Source: Takakia lepidozioides (Eukaryota; Plantae; Bryophyta). Taken from it: 64,000 nt of DNA. How positions within the stretch are numbered: position 1 is the first letter of the stretch; each line of letters starts with the position of its first letter. The stretch spans positions 3,596,001 through 3,660,000 of the forward strand of contig CM060732.1 in the NCBI GenBank assembly GCA_030704615.1, written 5' to 3'. This document shows, in pieces, positions 48,391 through 62,420 of the stretch. The notes under the pieces are model-generated. The model did not search any database, was not told the DNA's origin, and saw only the letters and a program-made list of their open reading frames with translations. The translations under genes and the position numbers were made by a program.

Positions 48391-50869
48391 ATCAAGTTCA
48401 TGGAAAATATCCTCACGATGGGGGCGGAGCGCCGCCCTCCTTCGCGCCTCGTGGCTAACCTCTCTGCTATTCGCCAATTTTGTGCTCATGCTAAACTTTC
48501 TTCTCATCTCTACTATCTCTCTTGCCCCCGCCAGCGAGTTTGCCAACCTAGTCAAGACTACCGGAGTTAGCGAGGTTCGCCACCATAGCCCTCAGACTCG
48601 CTTCTTCCCCTCGTTACACACCCTCTCTCACCGCATCTGGGTTTCTCCTCACCCTCCTCCTCTCCCCCATTCTATTATGCACATTTCAAGGTATTTCCCG
48701 CAAGATTTTCGTCCGCACTGGGCCTATGCGACCTTGCTTGAGCTTCTTCACCGCAGCGACCACTCTAAGATACATGTCGTCTGGCCTGCTAAGCTGTCGC
48801 TCTTCCACTATACGAAGTCTGCTAACGAGCCCGGCCTCTACCTATGTATCTCATCACCCCAAAGATACGTGCACAAGCAGCAGAGTGATTTGCATCTGCC
48901 ACTTGCTCCCCCTCAGAGCTGTTTGTGAGACCAAACAAGTTCATGATGGCATACTCGGCTTCAGCAGGACGCTGGTGCCTCCTCGTGTCTGGCAGTCCGC
49001 ACCTTACTACTCGGATTGGCAATCAACTACCAGGCTCTTCTCGGTTACGAATCATTTGGCTGCCCCCCTGGCTCTAAGCCCGATCGACTGGCTGCACTCA
49101 ATCCTATGGATGTATGCTTCCCCCCTTTACCGCCTCATCAAGCTTTCTCAGATCGGCCTCTCGTGGATCTGTACTCCCCCCTCTCTAACAGTAGCAGGCG
49201 GCCAGCTTTGGGGAATCTACATGGTGCGGGCTCTCAAGCTTCAGTTTGGAATGGGCATGCCCGCTGTACCCCTCCCTCCCACATCAATGGTTCTATTTCA
49301 AGCTCCAACTTCACTCACCCCCAACATTTTGCTTCTGCTGGCAGGTCTCTCTGTTCCCTCAACTCATGTACAACCCCCCCAACTCCATACGCACCAGGTA
49401 CACCCCCACCCTTTACTACCCATATCTCTCTCCAAACCTTGACAGTAAGGGCCTTCTTGTGTGCAGATTACAAGTTGTTACTCTCGTTACCACATAGACC
49501 TATCACCCTAACTCGGCTCCCTTGGGATAGACCGCCGGTGGACCTGCTTCACTTACCTTTTTGCTGCCATCTACTCAACATTCTGCCCCCACAAATGTAA
49601 GTCTCCCCACAACACTGTTTAGTGCACGGGTCACCAAACGTCCCAAGACTGAGGGCGCCTCCCGCCGCCACCGTAGCTAAACTCTGTAGTCATGACTAAT
49701 CTTTTAGGGTTCTGATATTTGTTTAGTTATTCTATGTACTTTCTTCTCCTTGCTTGTCGGCTCCGCTATTTTCACCTCGACTACCGCACCTGCAAAGCGA
49801 GCCCTTGCTACCACAGCCCGCGCCTTGTGTTCTCTACTTGTAACGATGACCAGCTTTGCTGTCGGACGGTCTGCTACCCAACGCCATGGCACCGTGAAGA
49901 GAAGAGTGCCTCAAAGAAAAGTGCCTCGAACGGTATATATACCAGAAATGTTACCTTGCGGAAGCCTTCGGCCCCCTCCGAGCTTACTGTCAACTCTTTG
50001 TTCCCTGTCGACGCTGGCTGGCCTGCGGCGCTCAGCCACACCTACGCCCCTGGTTTATCAGTTTCTATGCAAAGCCACTGGTACTACTACAATCGTGTTT
50101 TTTGCTTATCTCTGAGCAATCTCCCACTGCTGCCTGGAGACGCTTTTTCTCCGACCAGCTCGAAGATAGATGCTCCTCATTGCAGCTACGTTCTACCCCA
50201 CTGGCCCCCCGCCGTGTACAACGTCGCTCCCCACCATCGGAAAGACGCCATCTTGCCACCTTTGCTTGCTGCGTTACGCATCACCACTGAGTACGGGTTC
50301 ACCACTGTGAAGAGAAGGCCCCCGGCCCCCGGTCTCTGCAACCCCAGCAACCTCTGTCATCTTGCCGGGTTGGCCCCGGCCGAGTCTCTACTTGGCGCGG
50401 CGAAGACAACTTTGCTGCAGAGATTCCCGCACTACACTAGCCAAAGTTCTCTAAGGTGCATAAGTTCCACTCTCCCACCCTCCTTGGACACTACTTTACC
50501 AGCATGCCAGGCTTCCACAACAGACAGAGCTCAGCAAGAAACAGAAAAGGAGAACACAATCTTTCAACCGGAAATGCGAACCGCCTCGAAGCAAGTCCCG
50601 TTTGCAAACTCAGCATCGCTGAACAACAGACCTCACTTGCAAGCTGCAAGCCTTGTCAAAGCAGAGAATCAACAGGCGAGTCTGACATCAGAGGCTTCCT
50701 GCAAAAGGCGATGGAGCTGGACCGCCTCAACTCCTCTCAACCCATGCTCGCTACATGCTCGAATACCACGATCTCATCCCAACAGAAGGTCTTCACTCTT
50801 TATCTGGTTTGGGCCCATTACAGACGCACCAGGTGCTATACTTCTATACTTCCTCTTTGCTTGATCAAG

Positions 50870-53160
50870 TATCCACAAGGGCAATCAGAGCTCCCTGATA
50901 ATCTGAAGGCTTTGTTCAGGCCAGGCGCTATGATGGCCCATGATTATGGCGTTCTTAATGTGTGTGGCAGCCGAGGAATCCCAGAAAAGGGGAAACGAGG
51001 CTCATGCCTGCATCCTGAAAGCTGGAATTGCTCGAGATGTTATCCATGTGGGGAACGAACAGCATGAGGACATGACCTCAACCGTTTCTGCAGCAAGAGA
51101 TCCCCTTTTCTTTGCACATATAGCCAATCTGGACCGTTTGTGGGACCTCTGGCAGACCCTGCTAGGAGGTCAACGTGGCGACCTTACTGACCTGGACTGG
51201 CTCAATTCAGAGTTTGTGTTCTATGATGAAAATGCTACTCTTGTTCAGTGTGGCAGATTGAAGGCTGCACATCAAGCTCATCAACGACAATCTTCATTCA
51301 TTACTCTGCAGCTGCATGCTCAAGACTCAAGAGTTTCTGAGATAGAGGGCATGCTCAATAACATGGCTCGACAAGATTTGGTCTCACGGAACTCCATGAT
51401 CACAGGATATGCACAGCATGACGATCTTGGCTTGCTTGGTTGTACCCTGTCCCCAGTGAAAGCGGTCAAGAAGCTGTATAAAGATTGCAGCGTTATGGTG
51501 CAGCGGCAGCATCCTCTCCGGCATTTTGTCACCAACTGGGCCCATCATGGTCAAGTCATCGGCATTGCAGTCCCAATTGATAACCATGTTCTCAACTCCT
51601 TCAATGTGCCATCGCAGTTGAAGTCATCGGCAGATTATGTGTAGATATCACAGCTGGAGTTTAATACACCGAGCCCTGCTCCCACTTTTCTGCATGCACA
51701 GATACCTATCGAGGACCTAAGTGTGGTGCTAATACTTCACAACCCAATGCTGGGCAGTGGCTGGAGGTTTAGCCTCTTCGGCAATACACCCAGCCCGTCG
51801 AATTTCATTCAAACCGGAAACCGGCCCCCTTTGACTTCTGGGCTTCCCATGGGGTAAATATCCCCAGAGACCGCCTTCTCACTCAGTACTGTAGATTCGT
51901 TGCTCTGGCTGATGGATTGGGGGCTGTCTTCCGTACAATACCTGGTGGAGAGAGTCCCAACCCTGCAGCTCCGAGGTCTGGCTTGAATGGGTGCACACTC
52001 TTGCTGTGGAAGGTCCGTGGAGAAATGAATCTGAGCAGCTATGCATTGTGGCATGTCATGCTGGTGCAAAGAACAGCGATATGAGGGGTGATTGTAATAT
52101 CAAAATTTGCATCCACACTCAAGCAGCCTTCAGGCCTAAGTCTTGCGATGTTGCATTGCAACTTATTGCTGGCCAGTGGCTGGTTGTTGAGCCTTCTTGG
52201 CAATGCTCCCAGTCCGGAGAAGTATGTCCCAAGCTGGCAGCTTTCTATCTCAAGCAACGCAGCATTGTGGAAGGTACCATCTCCAGCATCTGGCCTCCCA
52301 ACCACTCTAGTTCTTTCAACCCTCTCTGCTTCCAGGATGTTCCAGCCAGTGTCCAAAAACAGCTCCAGTTCAAGTGCGACAACATCAGGGAGGCAGGTAC
52401 ACTGATGGAAAGATATCAAGCAAGGGCGTTTGCCCCCTTTCTGCAGTGCGACACATGCACACGCAAGAGGAGACTTAGCTGATGTGGTTACTCCTGCGAC
52501 AGAAGCCGAGCCAATAGAAGGTCTGTATAATCCCAATGATGGGAATATGTACGTGAAGGGCTGTCAATCAGTAGATGCCAATTGGACATTGCTCGAGGAC
52601 ATTGCAGATTCCTTAGCTGATGGGTTTGAATGGGTTTAGGATTCCTTAGCTCAATGGGTTTGAATGTTCCTTTAAACTTGCTCTGGTGTACCCCTCAACA
52701 GTTGCTAGGTGGCTGACTAGACCAACTGCGAAGATAGACCTCACCAGCTGGCGGAATATGGAAGAACTTTTCTACTTCAAACCGTTGAATCTTGAGACTC
52801 TTGCAATGGAAGGCTTGTGGAGAAATGAATCTGGGCAGTTATGCATGGTGGCATGCCATGCTGGTGCAAAGAACAGCAACATGAGTGGTGTCCTTAACGC
52901 GTGTGCCAACCTAGGGATCCTGGAGGAGGGCAAAGAGGTTCATGTCAACCTCGTGAAAGCTAGACTGCAAACATCTATTAATTTGGAAACTGCCAGTGTT
53001 GATATATATCCTAATTGCGGGAGTGTAAAGGAGGCACGTCTAATGTTCGACAATATGGCTCGACAAGATGTGGGTTCATGGAGTGCTCTACTACTATGTC
53101 AGCCGAAAGCAGGCCCTTCAAGCTTTTCTTCTTCAATCTTGACATTACCCAATGCTGCTG
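50870..53160 (+). pseudogene. Mosaic of host gene fragments: dynein heavy chain, PPR, polyphenol oxidase, DUF2921-like
   Basis: [23 protein letters not shown] (dynein AAA1 region); [37 protein letters not shown] (PPO CuB/DWL); VLNACANLGILEEGKEVH..ARLMFDNM (PPR); EGLWRNESGQLCMVAC and EGLYNPNDGNMYVKGC (DUF2921-like). Confidence 0.8.
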
Positions 53161-54267
53161 GTCAACCCCTTTAATTCACAGGGAGCAAACCTACACTTCC
53201 CTCCATCTTCGGTTATCCCCTTATCTCGTTCTGTTAAAAGGGTCTAGCATCGCTTACATGAAGCTATCTTTACTATTTGATATGCAGCTGTTGTGCTCTA
53301 GACTGCTCCCCGACCTCAAGTGGTATGCCAATGTCCAGCAGGATCAAATGCACAAACCCCAAGAGTACTCTGAAGCTCAGGACCGGGACTCCCGACAAAA
53401 AGCCTTATGTCAACCACCATCCATGGTATCACAACTTAACTCTCTAGACACAAGACCTCTAAATCTCTTTCAACGGAATCATAGCCTCAGGACAGGTAAC
53501 CACGTCGTCTCATCTAAAAGTTTCTTGCCCGTATCGCGTTTCAGTACACCCCTTGACTCCTCTTCTATATTGTGGGTATTTGATCTTCCTACATATCCGC
53601 TGCTTATCAAGCCTGATGCTTTTAACCTCACTCAACTGGAAACGTCTCCTGGCTCTATTAGCTCACGCCCACCTCAACCTTATTACACTTGGCCTCCTCA
53701 CATATGGGCTCTCTGCTCTCAAACTCTTATTTACAATCGCATCAGCATTAGACTATATCTGACCAGCATGCAATTCTCCTTTCAGTTATATGATAACGCT
53801 CCACTCCCTGTATTCCATGTACCAGTTACAAGTATGTGCTACCTTCAAAATGATTCATGTACTAACTTTCAAAGCTCTCTTACAGGCTATCTTTCAAGTG
53901 ATTACTACCCACTACCTCCAAGTTCTATTTCACAAGTTCCCCAAGCTACTTGGGCTCACTGGCTCTCACTATTTCAAACAATTTTACACACTCGTTACTC
54001 TCCCCACACAATTTTACACAATGATTTTTATTCTGTGTTCCTACACGACTCTCATATATGTTATTTCTCGAACGACTGCCACTCAATACTACCACTCTCT
54101 TTTACAAGATATTCGGAGCTACCGGCTAGCTTGCGAAAATGCTACCTTGGGAAATTGTTACCTTGGGAAAATGTTACCTCATTTTATTGCTATTCACATC
54201 ATTTATTATCACTCCTGGATTCACTCATTTACTATCACTCAGAACATTACCAACTCAAGTAATTATA

Positions 54268-54485
54268 TCCATCATTTTCCAGCTCTCTTTCAAGTGATTA
54301 TCATCCGTCATTCTCCAGCTCACTTTCAAGTGATTATCATCCATCACTCTTCAGCTCTCTTTCAAGTGAATATAATCCATCACTCTTCAGCTCTTTTTCA
54401 AGTGGATATCATCCATCACTCTCCAGCTCTTTTTCAAGTGATTGTTATCCATCATTCTCCAGTTCTCTTTCAAGTGATTCCCATC
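54268..54485. repeat. 36-bp tandem repeat, about 6 copies
   Basis: Unit CATCACTCTCCAGCTCTCTTTCAAGTGATTATCATC; 12-codon periodicity. Confidence 0.9.
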
Positions 54486-54549
54486 ACCATCCATCTTGCA
54501 CTCACCAAATGGCCAAAGATAGAAGGCGCCGGTGCTTGCACCAAATAAA

Positions 54550-57500
54550 ATCAATAAAATCAAAACCCTCCCGCACTCTTACACCCATAACACACAACCA
54601 TCATCTCATTCATCTGTGAATGCGTTCATCACATCCCTGCCCGGAGCCATCCATCCACGCTACTCGCATACTCACCTTATAGCCCCCACACTAAGAACCA
54701 CAACCCCCACCAACTGTCATCTCATTCATCCAGGTTCCTGCCCACAGCCATCCGCCCACGCTACTCGCCTATTCACCTTATAGCGCCTGCACTAAAAACC
54801 GTAACTCCCACCTACCCACAATCCATAATACACCTATACCAAGCTCATAACTTGAGTCCTCACCCCATACTACACCTCTATCAATCCCAAAATAAGGGCT
54901 TTCATAAATACTTCCCAACAGACCGATACTTCATGCATTCGGCAAAACACTTCCCCATCCACAATCAATTCTCGCCCTGGCGGCCTCATCCATACTGCCT
55001 GACAGTCCACTTAATCCATCCATCCGCGCTTCCTGCATCCACCCTGCCACAACTTTACATCCATCCCCAACATCCATCCCCCCTTATCATCCTCCACATA
55101 TTAAAACACCATACCTACAAACTTCCCTGGCCTATCACACAAACATGCCAACCATGCTATAAACAACCATATAAACAACCCCCCCCCCCCCCCCCCGGCA
55201 CCCCATAGCCACCAGCTCTACTATCATCCTTAGTGATATACCCTACCCAGATACACTATCTAAGTACCCGTCATACACACTTGCACACATCAACCCACTC
55301 CCCAAAACCTCCCTCATAACACACTGCCCCCATGGCCAATACAAACTACAACCTCCTGCGTCCAAACACTCCCTCCACCACCCTCCATCACACCAAAACA
55401 AATTCAAACTCACATGTGCGTTACTCATCCTTATGCGATTCGGTGACATCCATCCCAACCCTGGCCCAGACAACATTACTCGCATTATTAATACACTCCC
55501 TGTAGACCCCCAAGAAAGATACACACTGTACTTCCAAACGAACACTGTCTCACTTAAGCCACCTTATCAACATCTATATGAACACTTTAAGCCTTTCCTC
55601 ACTACCCCATCCACCACCAAACCCATTACCACACAACCAATTGCCACTTTTGGCTTCCCTATCTATGACCACCCTGCACTCACCAAAGCAACTCACAAAC
55701 TAGCCCAATACCCATTACAACACCTTCTATTCTCTCTAATCATTACCATCTCCCCACTCCCAACCATATGTAACGACTACTTCATGACCCACACCGGCTC
55801 ACAAGTACACGTGTGCCCTTCTACACAAGCTACAGCAATTACCCGCCCACCCTCAAAACTATTTAGCACCTCCCCACTACCCAGGCCTCGCCTCAACTTT
55901 TCCAATCAAACCCCGGGGAAGTTCATAAAATACTTGGGTGATTATCTTTCCAACCCCACCTACAACCTCCACACCATCTCAAACAAATTCCCATTCCAGT
56001 CCGACACCATTCTCAATGCTACCCTCCAAACTCACTCCCCAATTCCTGGCTTTCAACCCTCGCCTAGACCACACCCCTCTTCCCCCGCCATGGCACCGCA
56101 GCCACAAACCCCCCAACACACAAACACACCCTCATCCAATGAGACCTCCAACCACCCACATACGACTCCTACCCAACATGCGCACTCACTCTGCATCACT
56201 ACCTGGAATGTGGGATCCCCAGCCACAAGTATTCAAAGTCTCATACACTTCTCACAGACTCCGTCTCCCCGCATATTATCCTCCTATAAGAAACCAAGCT
56301 CAACACCAACACCTGCAATAGTTCCTACTTAAACAAACTTTTCCCTGCTTATTATATGTTATACGACAACCCCCTAACAGCCACGCAATGCCTTTCCCGA
56401 CATCCGCCCCCTACCACCCCACCCAAGGTGGCGTCGCGCTAGGCATCCTCCGCACGCATCACTCCTCTAGCACCACCACCAAAATAGTTGTCCCCATCCC
56501 TTTACGGTCACGTCTCCAAATTATACAATTATATTTGCCCGCTCTCCCCCCTATCACTCTCATCCACCTGTACATGCCATCGCACACCGATGACCTCCCG
56601 CTAATCATGGATATTCTTCATACAATCTCAAATACCGTCGCCCAACCCACATCACAACACCACAACTTCATATTAGCCGGCGACTTTAATAGAGACATAG
56701 CACAACTTGGCCACACCTATAATGGCACACACAAACCTCTGTCCCCACCCGACCACTCATGGGCTAAATTCATCCAACTACACCAATTCCAATACATCCC
56801 CGTTGACCACCACTACTTAGGCAAGGAGGACTTAACTATTCCTCACTAAGCCTCCTAGATGGTTTTTTACCTTAACGCAATACCACAATATCTAAACAAC
56901 CATATTCACTTTAGCAGTATCTGTAACTCTGATCACTACCCTGTCTCCGTAACCTTCCCCCCATCCCTCATCCCCTTCCGACCCATCCCATCTATACACA
57001 CCCCACCCCCACAATCCCGGATTTTATCCCCGTTGCCACAACGCAATAGAGCCGCCTTTCAACACCTCTTTCACCCAGTAGCCGCCGCCCTCACACTACA
57101 AATCCTGACATTCTCTCTAACAAGAACACAACACTATCTCCAGAAGATACATGTGCTCCAGGCCGAACTTACGCTCACAACCATTATGACCGAAATGACC
57201 AAAAGTGTCCTTGCTAGATGTTGTGCTCCCCCAGATGTCCCACAAACCACCCGCTCCACACAAAATGGCGGTTACCTAACGTGTACACAAAAACGAGCCT
57301 GGACCGCACACCTCAATACCTATCACACGATCAGACGAGCCCTCACCATCATCCCCCAATCACCCACAACCCACCCTAACAACAATTGGAGATCCGACCC
57401 CGTATTACCTACTTAAACACCTTGGCACCCTGTCACGCGCTTTTACCCCCACCTGAAGACCCCTCAGCCATATCCAACTGGTGTGCGGCCCTATCCAAAC

Positions 57501-59343
57501 TAGGCAGGGAAGCAAAGAAAGCCTCATACAACATCACCAAACAAAAAGCCGCTAACAATCATAAAATTTTTGTCTCCTCCTTTAACCAATTACTACATGA
57601 CCACCCCAAAAAAACGGGATTTGCTATTCTATCAGCTATCAGCCATTAGTCATCAGCCATTAGTCATTAGCCATCAGTGTGACGTGGATGCGGAAACGGC
57701 AGCCACGTGGCAAAAAAAAATTCTCGGGCTGCCCGTAATTGTATGATTGGATTTGTGAGAAACAATAATGAAAAATGACACGGGATTGTACTGACATGCC
57801 ACCTTTGGCTGCCGAAGGTGGAGGATAAGCGGGAAACATAAAGGTAAAAATGAAATAAATGGATGTTGGGGAAATAAACAAAAAAAAACAAAAACAAAAA
57901 CCAACATGAGATATGGACTTCTAACGTGGAAGAATTATGCATGTTTTTGAGCCATTTTAATCTCCAGCTTGGATTATCGTATGCTACGGAAATGTCCAGG
58001 GATGCTGCTGAAAAATATATATATTTGTTGGACCTAAGTTGAACGAAAGTGGCTCTTATGTCCTTGTATAAGGTACTTTCCGCTTTTTGGAATGTGATCT
58101 TGTATTCAATTTCAAACTCTATAATTTTATTTTATTTTTCCAGGCTGGTTCGTTGGGCAAATTGAAATGTTCTTGTTCACCTTCGTTGACCTTCATCACT
58201 GATGGAATTGGGTTGGTAACTGACAGAGTAGGAGCTCTCCAAAAAAACCCATAAAACCATCTTTAACCCCTCACTCAATCCACCCATCGACTGCCTCCGA
58301 CACCGATTAGGCCACTTAATAACCGACCCCACAACCATCAAGAAAGGAATATGGGACCAAGCATCTTCAATTTACACACCTACTGTTACAAACTGTTTAT
58401 ACCCAAACATACACTCCCAAGACTATGTATGTCCATCAAACACTATCCATGGCATGACATAGATGGCTTTGCACTAGATAAGCGTGGATCCACCACCGAC
58501 CACATCCTGGACTATTTTACCATTGATCTCTATGACTCATGTCTCAAAGCTCTTTCCAAATCCAAAGCCCCTGGTCCTGACTTCATACCCAACGCTATAC
58601 TCCAAGCGCTAGACCCATACCTTCATCACCTCATCTACACTTTTTGTAGACTATGCTACCAGCTAAAACGTATCCCACACTCCTGGAAACATAGCCGCAC
58701 CATACTATTATTCAAAAAAGGCGACCCCACAGCTCTCAGTAACTATCGCCCCATTGCACTGGCCAACACCATATACAAGCTATTCACCACCATGCTCTCT
58801 GCTTATGGAGAGCAACACTGCATACTCAGCGACCCTCAAGAAGGCTTCAGAGCCACACGAAGTACAACCAGACAAATACAATACGTCATCTCCGCACTAG
58901 AAGATGCTAAGCTCACAAAACAAGACATTTACCTTCTTTATATTGATTTATGCCTTTGGCTCCCTTGATCATGGACGTCTACTTACCATCATGACAGACC
59001 TGGGATACCCCATAGATGCCATCCAGCTTATCGGCAACATTTTATACGAATAGCACCACGGAGTATACAGGGGCTTACTACGGCTCCACCCCCCTATCCC
59101 AATCCTACGGGGCACCATCCAAGGTGACACCCTCAGCCCCTACCTATTTATAATTTTTTTAGAACCCCTCCTCAGATGGCTTGCCCGCGGAAAGTTAGGA
59201 TACCACTACAAGACCTCCTCTAGTGATATCTCCGCAGCCGCATATGCAGATGATCTCGCCATTCTTGCTCATAAACCACAACATCTAAACCGACAAGTCA
59301 CCAAATTACATCGCTTCAATCTATGGTCAGGTATGGAACTCAG
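54550..59343 (+). mobile_element. LINE (non-LTR retrotransposon) 5' and central part: 2A-like peptide, APE endonuclease, RT; degenerate and 3'-truncated
   Basis: GDIHPNPGP; ITTWNVGS, ILAGDFN, SDHYPV (APE); KAPGPDFI, NYRPIAL, QEGFR, QGDTLSP, YADD (RT). The 5' boundary is approximate. Confidence 0.9.
57616..58239. mobile_element. Non-autonomous Mutator-like insertion, about 624 bp
   Basis: 9-bp duplication CAAAAAAAC at 57607-57615 and 58240-58248; removing it restores the LINE frame (HPKKTHKTIF). Imperfect TIRs GGGATTTGCTATTCTATCAG / GAGAGCTCCTACTCTGTCAG. Confidence 0.8.
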
Positions 59344-60560
59344 CCTATGTGCTCATGTGTAGCTGACTGCTTTCCTGGAATCAAGAGAATAAGCATGACA
59401 AAGAACTTTTTTGTAGTGAGCCACAGAGGTAGGTTGTATACTAGCATCAACACTGGCCATGCTGACCAGCAATTGTTCTTATCACCAAACGGGTTCACTC
59501 CATCCAAGGATAGTCCAATCCTTACATTGCGAGGCTCCGCAGCAAACTCAGGCCAAGTAGCATCAATGTGTTTCCAAGCATTTGAATCAGGTACATGGCG
59601 CACAAGGCCAACGTTGCTTGCATTCCGACTGTGCCAGGATGGTTAATTCTGCAATAGAAGAGCATCTATACATACGCAAAAGACGTGGTATCAAGGGAAA
59701 ATGTTGAAGCACCTTAACAGACAGCTTGGATTTGCCCACGTTTTTTAATCGGTTGCTTTGACATTTGGGGCACCTCTCTGAACCTTGCAAGTTCTCTCTA
59801 AACAACACACACCCCTTTGGACAAGCATCGATCTTCTTGTAAGCAAGCCCAAGCTTGCTCACCATGGTCTTTGCGTGGTAGAAAGACGTGGGTAGTAGGT
59901 TTGGTTCTGGCAATAAGGTTTTCCCCAACAAAGAGAACATTTCTTCCACAAAAACATTCATAACACCATGTATTGTGCACACGTTCATTAGGAGCATCGT
60001 TGCTGCAAGCTTAGAGGTTTGACACCCTTCATATAAACGGAGGCACGCCTCTTCCAAGGAAATGGGGTCATTAGTGTGTGGGTATCCACCGGGTCATGAC
60101 CTTCATGCGGGATGTTTGTGTCACATTGAACATCTATATCATCTAACTCCACTTCTGCCCCATTTGCAATTTCTGGTGTGTCTATGATTTGAAAGGTCTC
60201 TTGGATCATGTGATGTACCTCAACATTCATGTCCAATTCTCCATGTGTCCGATGACGCTGTCCTGCGATTCCAGCAACACGATCCCAATTAATCCCTCCA
60301 TTTGCTGAAGCTATGTCCTCACCGACCTCTATGGCCTCCTCTTCCCATTCATCGTCAGAAGCATGCCTCCTTGCTCCTCCCCAGGATCTGAACGCAAGGG
60401 GATCTGCCAAACTCCATTAGATGTTTTCTCACTGTGTCTATAGCGACAGGTCGTCCACCCTTACACCTCCTGCAAGGGCATCTTAACTTATACTCTCGAC
60501 ACCGGGCCTCCTCACATTGCCAAAGAGCATTGTCGCGCTTTCGACACCGGAGCACACCAT
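59344..60560 (-). pseudogene. Second CACTA family Tnp2 transposase, N-terminal part
   Basis: LRCPCRRC (transposase-associated domain), IDACPKGCVLF..CPKC, DSNAWKHID..PRNVRIGLSLDGVNPF..SAWPV..YNLP. Confidence 0.9.
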
Positions 60561-62179
60561 CTGCTCTGTGAGGCTCCATGATGCTAAGGAATTTCTTTCC
60601 TGGTATGAGGGGAGAATCAGGAATAGACTAAGTCAGACAAAGGGGAAAGACTTGCAACAACCTACTGTCACTACTCATATAGTTGTAAAGTACCACTTGC
60701 TGAGTAATTGTTTCACAACTCATATTTCTACTTTACAACTACACAAAGACATAATATGACTCTAATAGTGCAGAAAATGGAAAAAAATTACTCTTGTGGT
60801 CAACAAACTACCTTCATAGTAATGTGTTGCAGTGGATTTAATCACTACGTGGCAGGCTAGCAGACCTATATATTTGTTGTCCTCAATCTATCCCCAACCT
60901 CCTCCATTAATCAATTTGAATGCTCACTTCTAGGGTTTAGTTTACCTCCTTGTCTTCTATTGCAGAGATTGAACGCAGCTCAAAATTGCGAGATGACGAC
61001 AAAGGCGACGGCGATTTAGCCACTGGTGAAGCGCATCGTGGAGAATCACTTACCCCTGTAGGACAATGCGATGGGATGCACGCATACGAAGCGTTTCGTG
61101 CCAAAAGAATGGCAGAGAATGGTTCCAAGAATGGAACTCGAAGGGCACTGCAGAGTAAGTCCCTGGCACCCTGCTGTCTCCCTCTTTCCTCTACACTGGT
61201 TGCTCCTCGACGTCCGTCATTGTTGTCCTCAATCACTCCCCGCTCCCTGCACTTGCATTGCGCTCCCACGACTTGCATCCCTGCGTTGCTTCCATTCCAT
61301 ACTCGCAGGTGCTCCATGGTGTTTCTTTTTTTTGTAGTCAACGTCCCTAGATGGAAAGACCCCCTCGCAGACTGTTAGAAAAGGAGAGCACACAATCGGA
61401 TTCTGCCAATCTACTTGCGTTTGTGGAGAGCACAAAATTTTAAACGGAAAAAATGAAAAATGAATAAATCGTTTCATTAGTTAATATTGTTATTATTATT
61501 ATTATTATTATCCCCGGATAGATTTTCACGGAACGAAATATGTGTAGTATTCAGCCATTCTTTTAGCGGGGAATAGGCCTCTCATTATAAGATAATAGTG
61601 TCTTCAATGCGCCTATGGGCCCCGCCAGTACGGCCCATGGGATGAGCGGATAAACCCACCGCCTATTCATGGGGTCCGGATGGAATTTTTCCAAGTCCTT
61701 GATCTTTTTGCAAACCTCTGAAATAATTAATGTTTTATGCCCATGCCCCTGCACGCCTAGCCGAGCATACTGAGCCCGACGGGTGGGGGGCGGCTCACCC
61801 TTCGCACCCCTGTGCTACACGCGGGCCCCGCCGCAGCCACACGTGCCCGCATTGAAGATCCTATTATCTTTCAATGAGAAGCGGCGAATAATCGCCAACT
61901 TTCGACCTCAGAAAACAAAATGGAATTTTAATGGATGAAATCGCTAAACTTCTCCAAATAAAAAATAAACTGTGGATGATGAATGTACATAGGAGGATGA
62001 TTCTATCCAAATTTCAATGGTCAGTAGCCGCTATGTTCACGTGCGCAATCTGAGATGCACTCGTGTTATTTTCCAAATTTCCAAAAAAAACCGTTGGTAG
62101 TATTGGGGACGACTACGCTTACCCAACAAGTTTAAGGCAAGCGTGTGAGCGGAGCTCCTAGAGGCTCCCGCAGACTGCC

Positions 62180-62420
62180 AATCACCCCTGTTCCCGCTCC
62201 CCGATCCCTGTTCCCCATAGTGGGATAGGGGAGCGAGGGGGAGAACAGGGACCAGGAACAGGGGAACAAGCCACGTTCCACATGTCAAGGAGGGAACAGG
62301 GGAGCAGGCCGCGTTCCACAGGTCGAGGAGGGGAGCGGGGACTAGAAACATGGAAGCAAGGACAAGGGACAAGGAGCGGGGAGCGGATACTGGGAACATG
62401 GGAGTGGAGCGGGGATCTTG
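62180..62420. repeat. GGGAACAGGG-type direct and inverted low-complexity repeats
   Basis: CCCTGTTCCC twice, followed by several GGAACAGGG and GGGAGCG units. Confidence 0.5.

Noticed and set aside
48390-50864. Long ORFs (269, 238, 381 aa)
   Set aside because: No recognisable domains; probably decayed repeat sequence; left unassigned.
53015-54548. 415-aa and 252-aa ORFs
   Set aside because: C/T-rich low-complexity sequence and a tandem repeat; no motifs.
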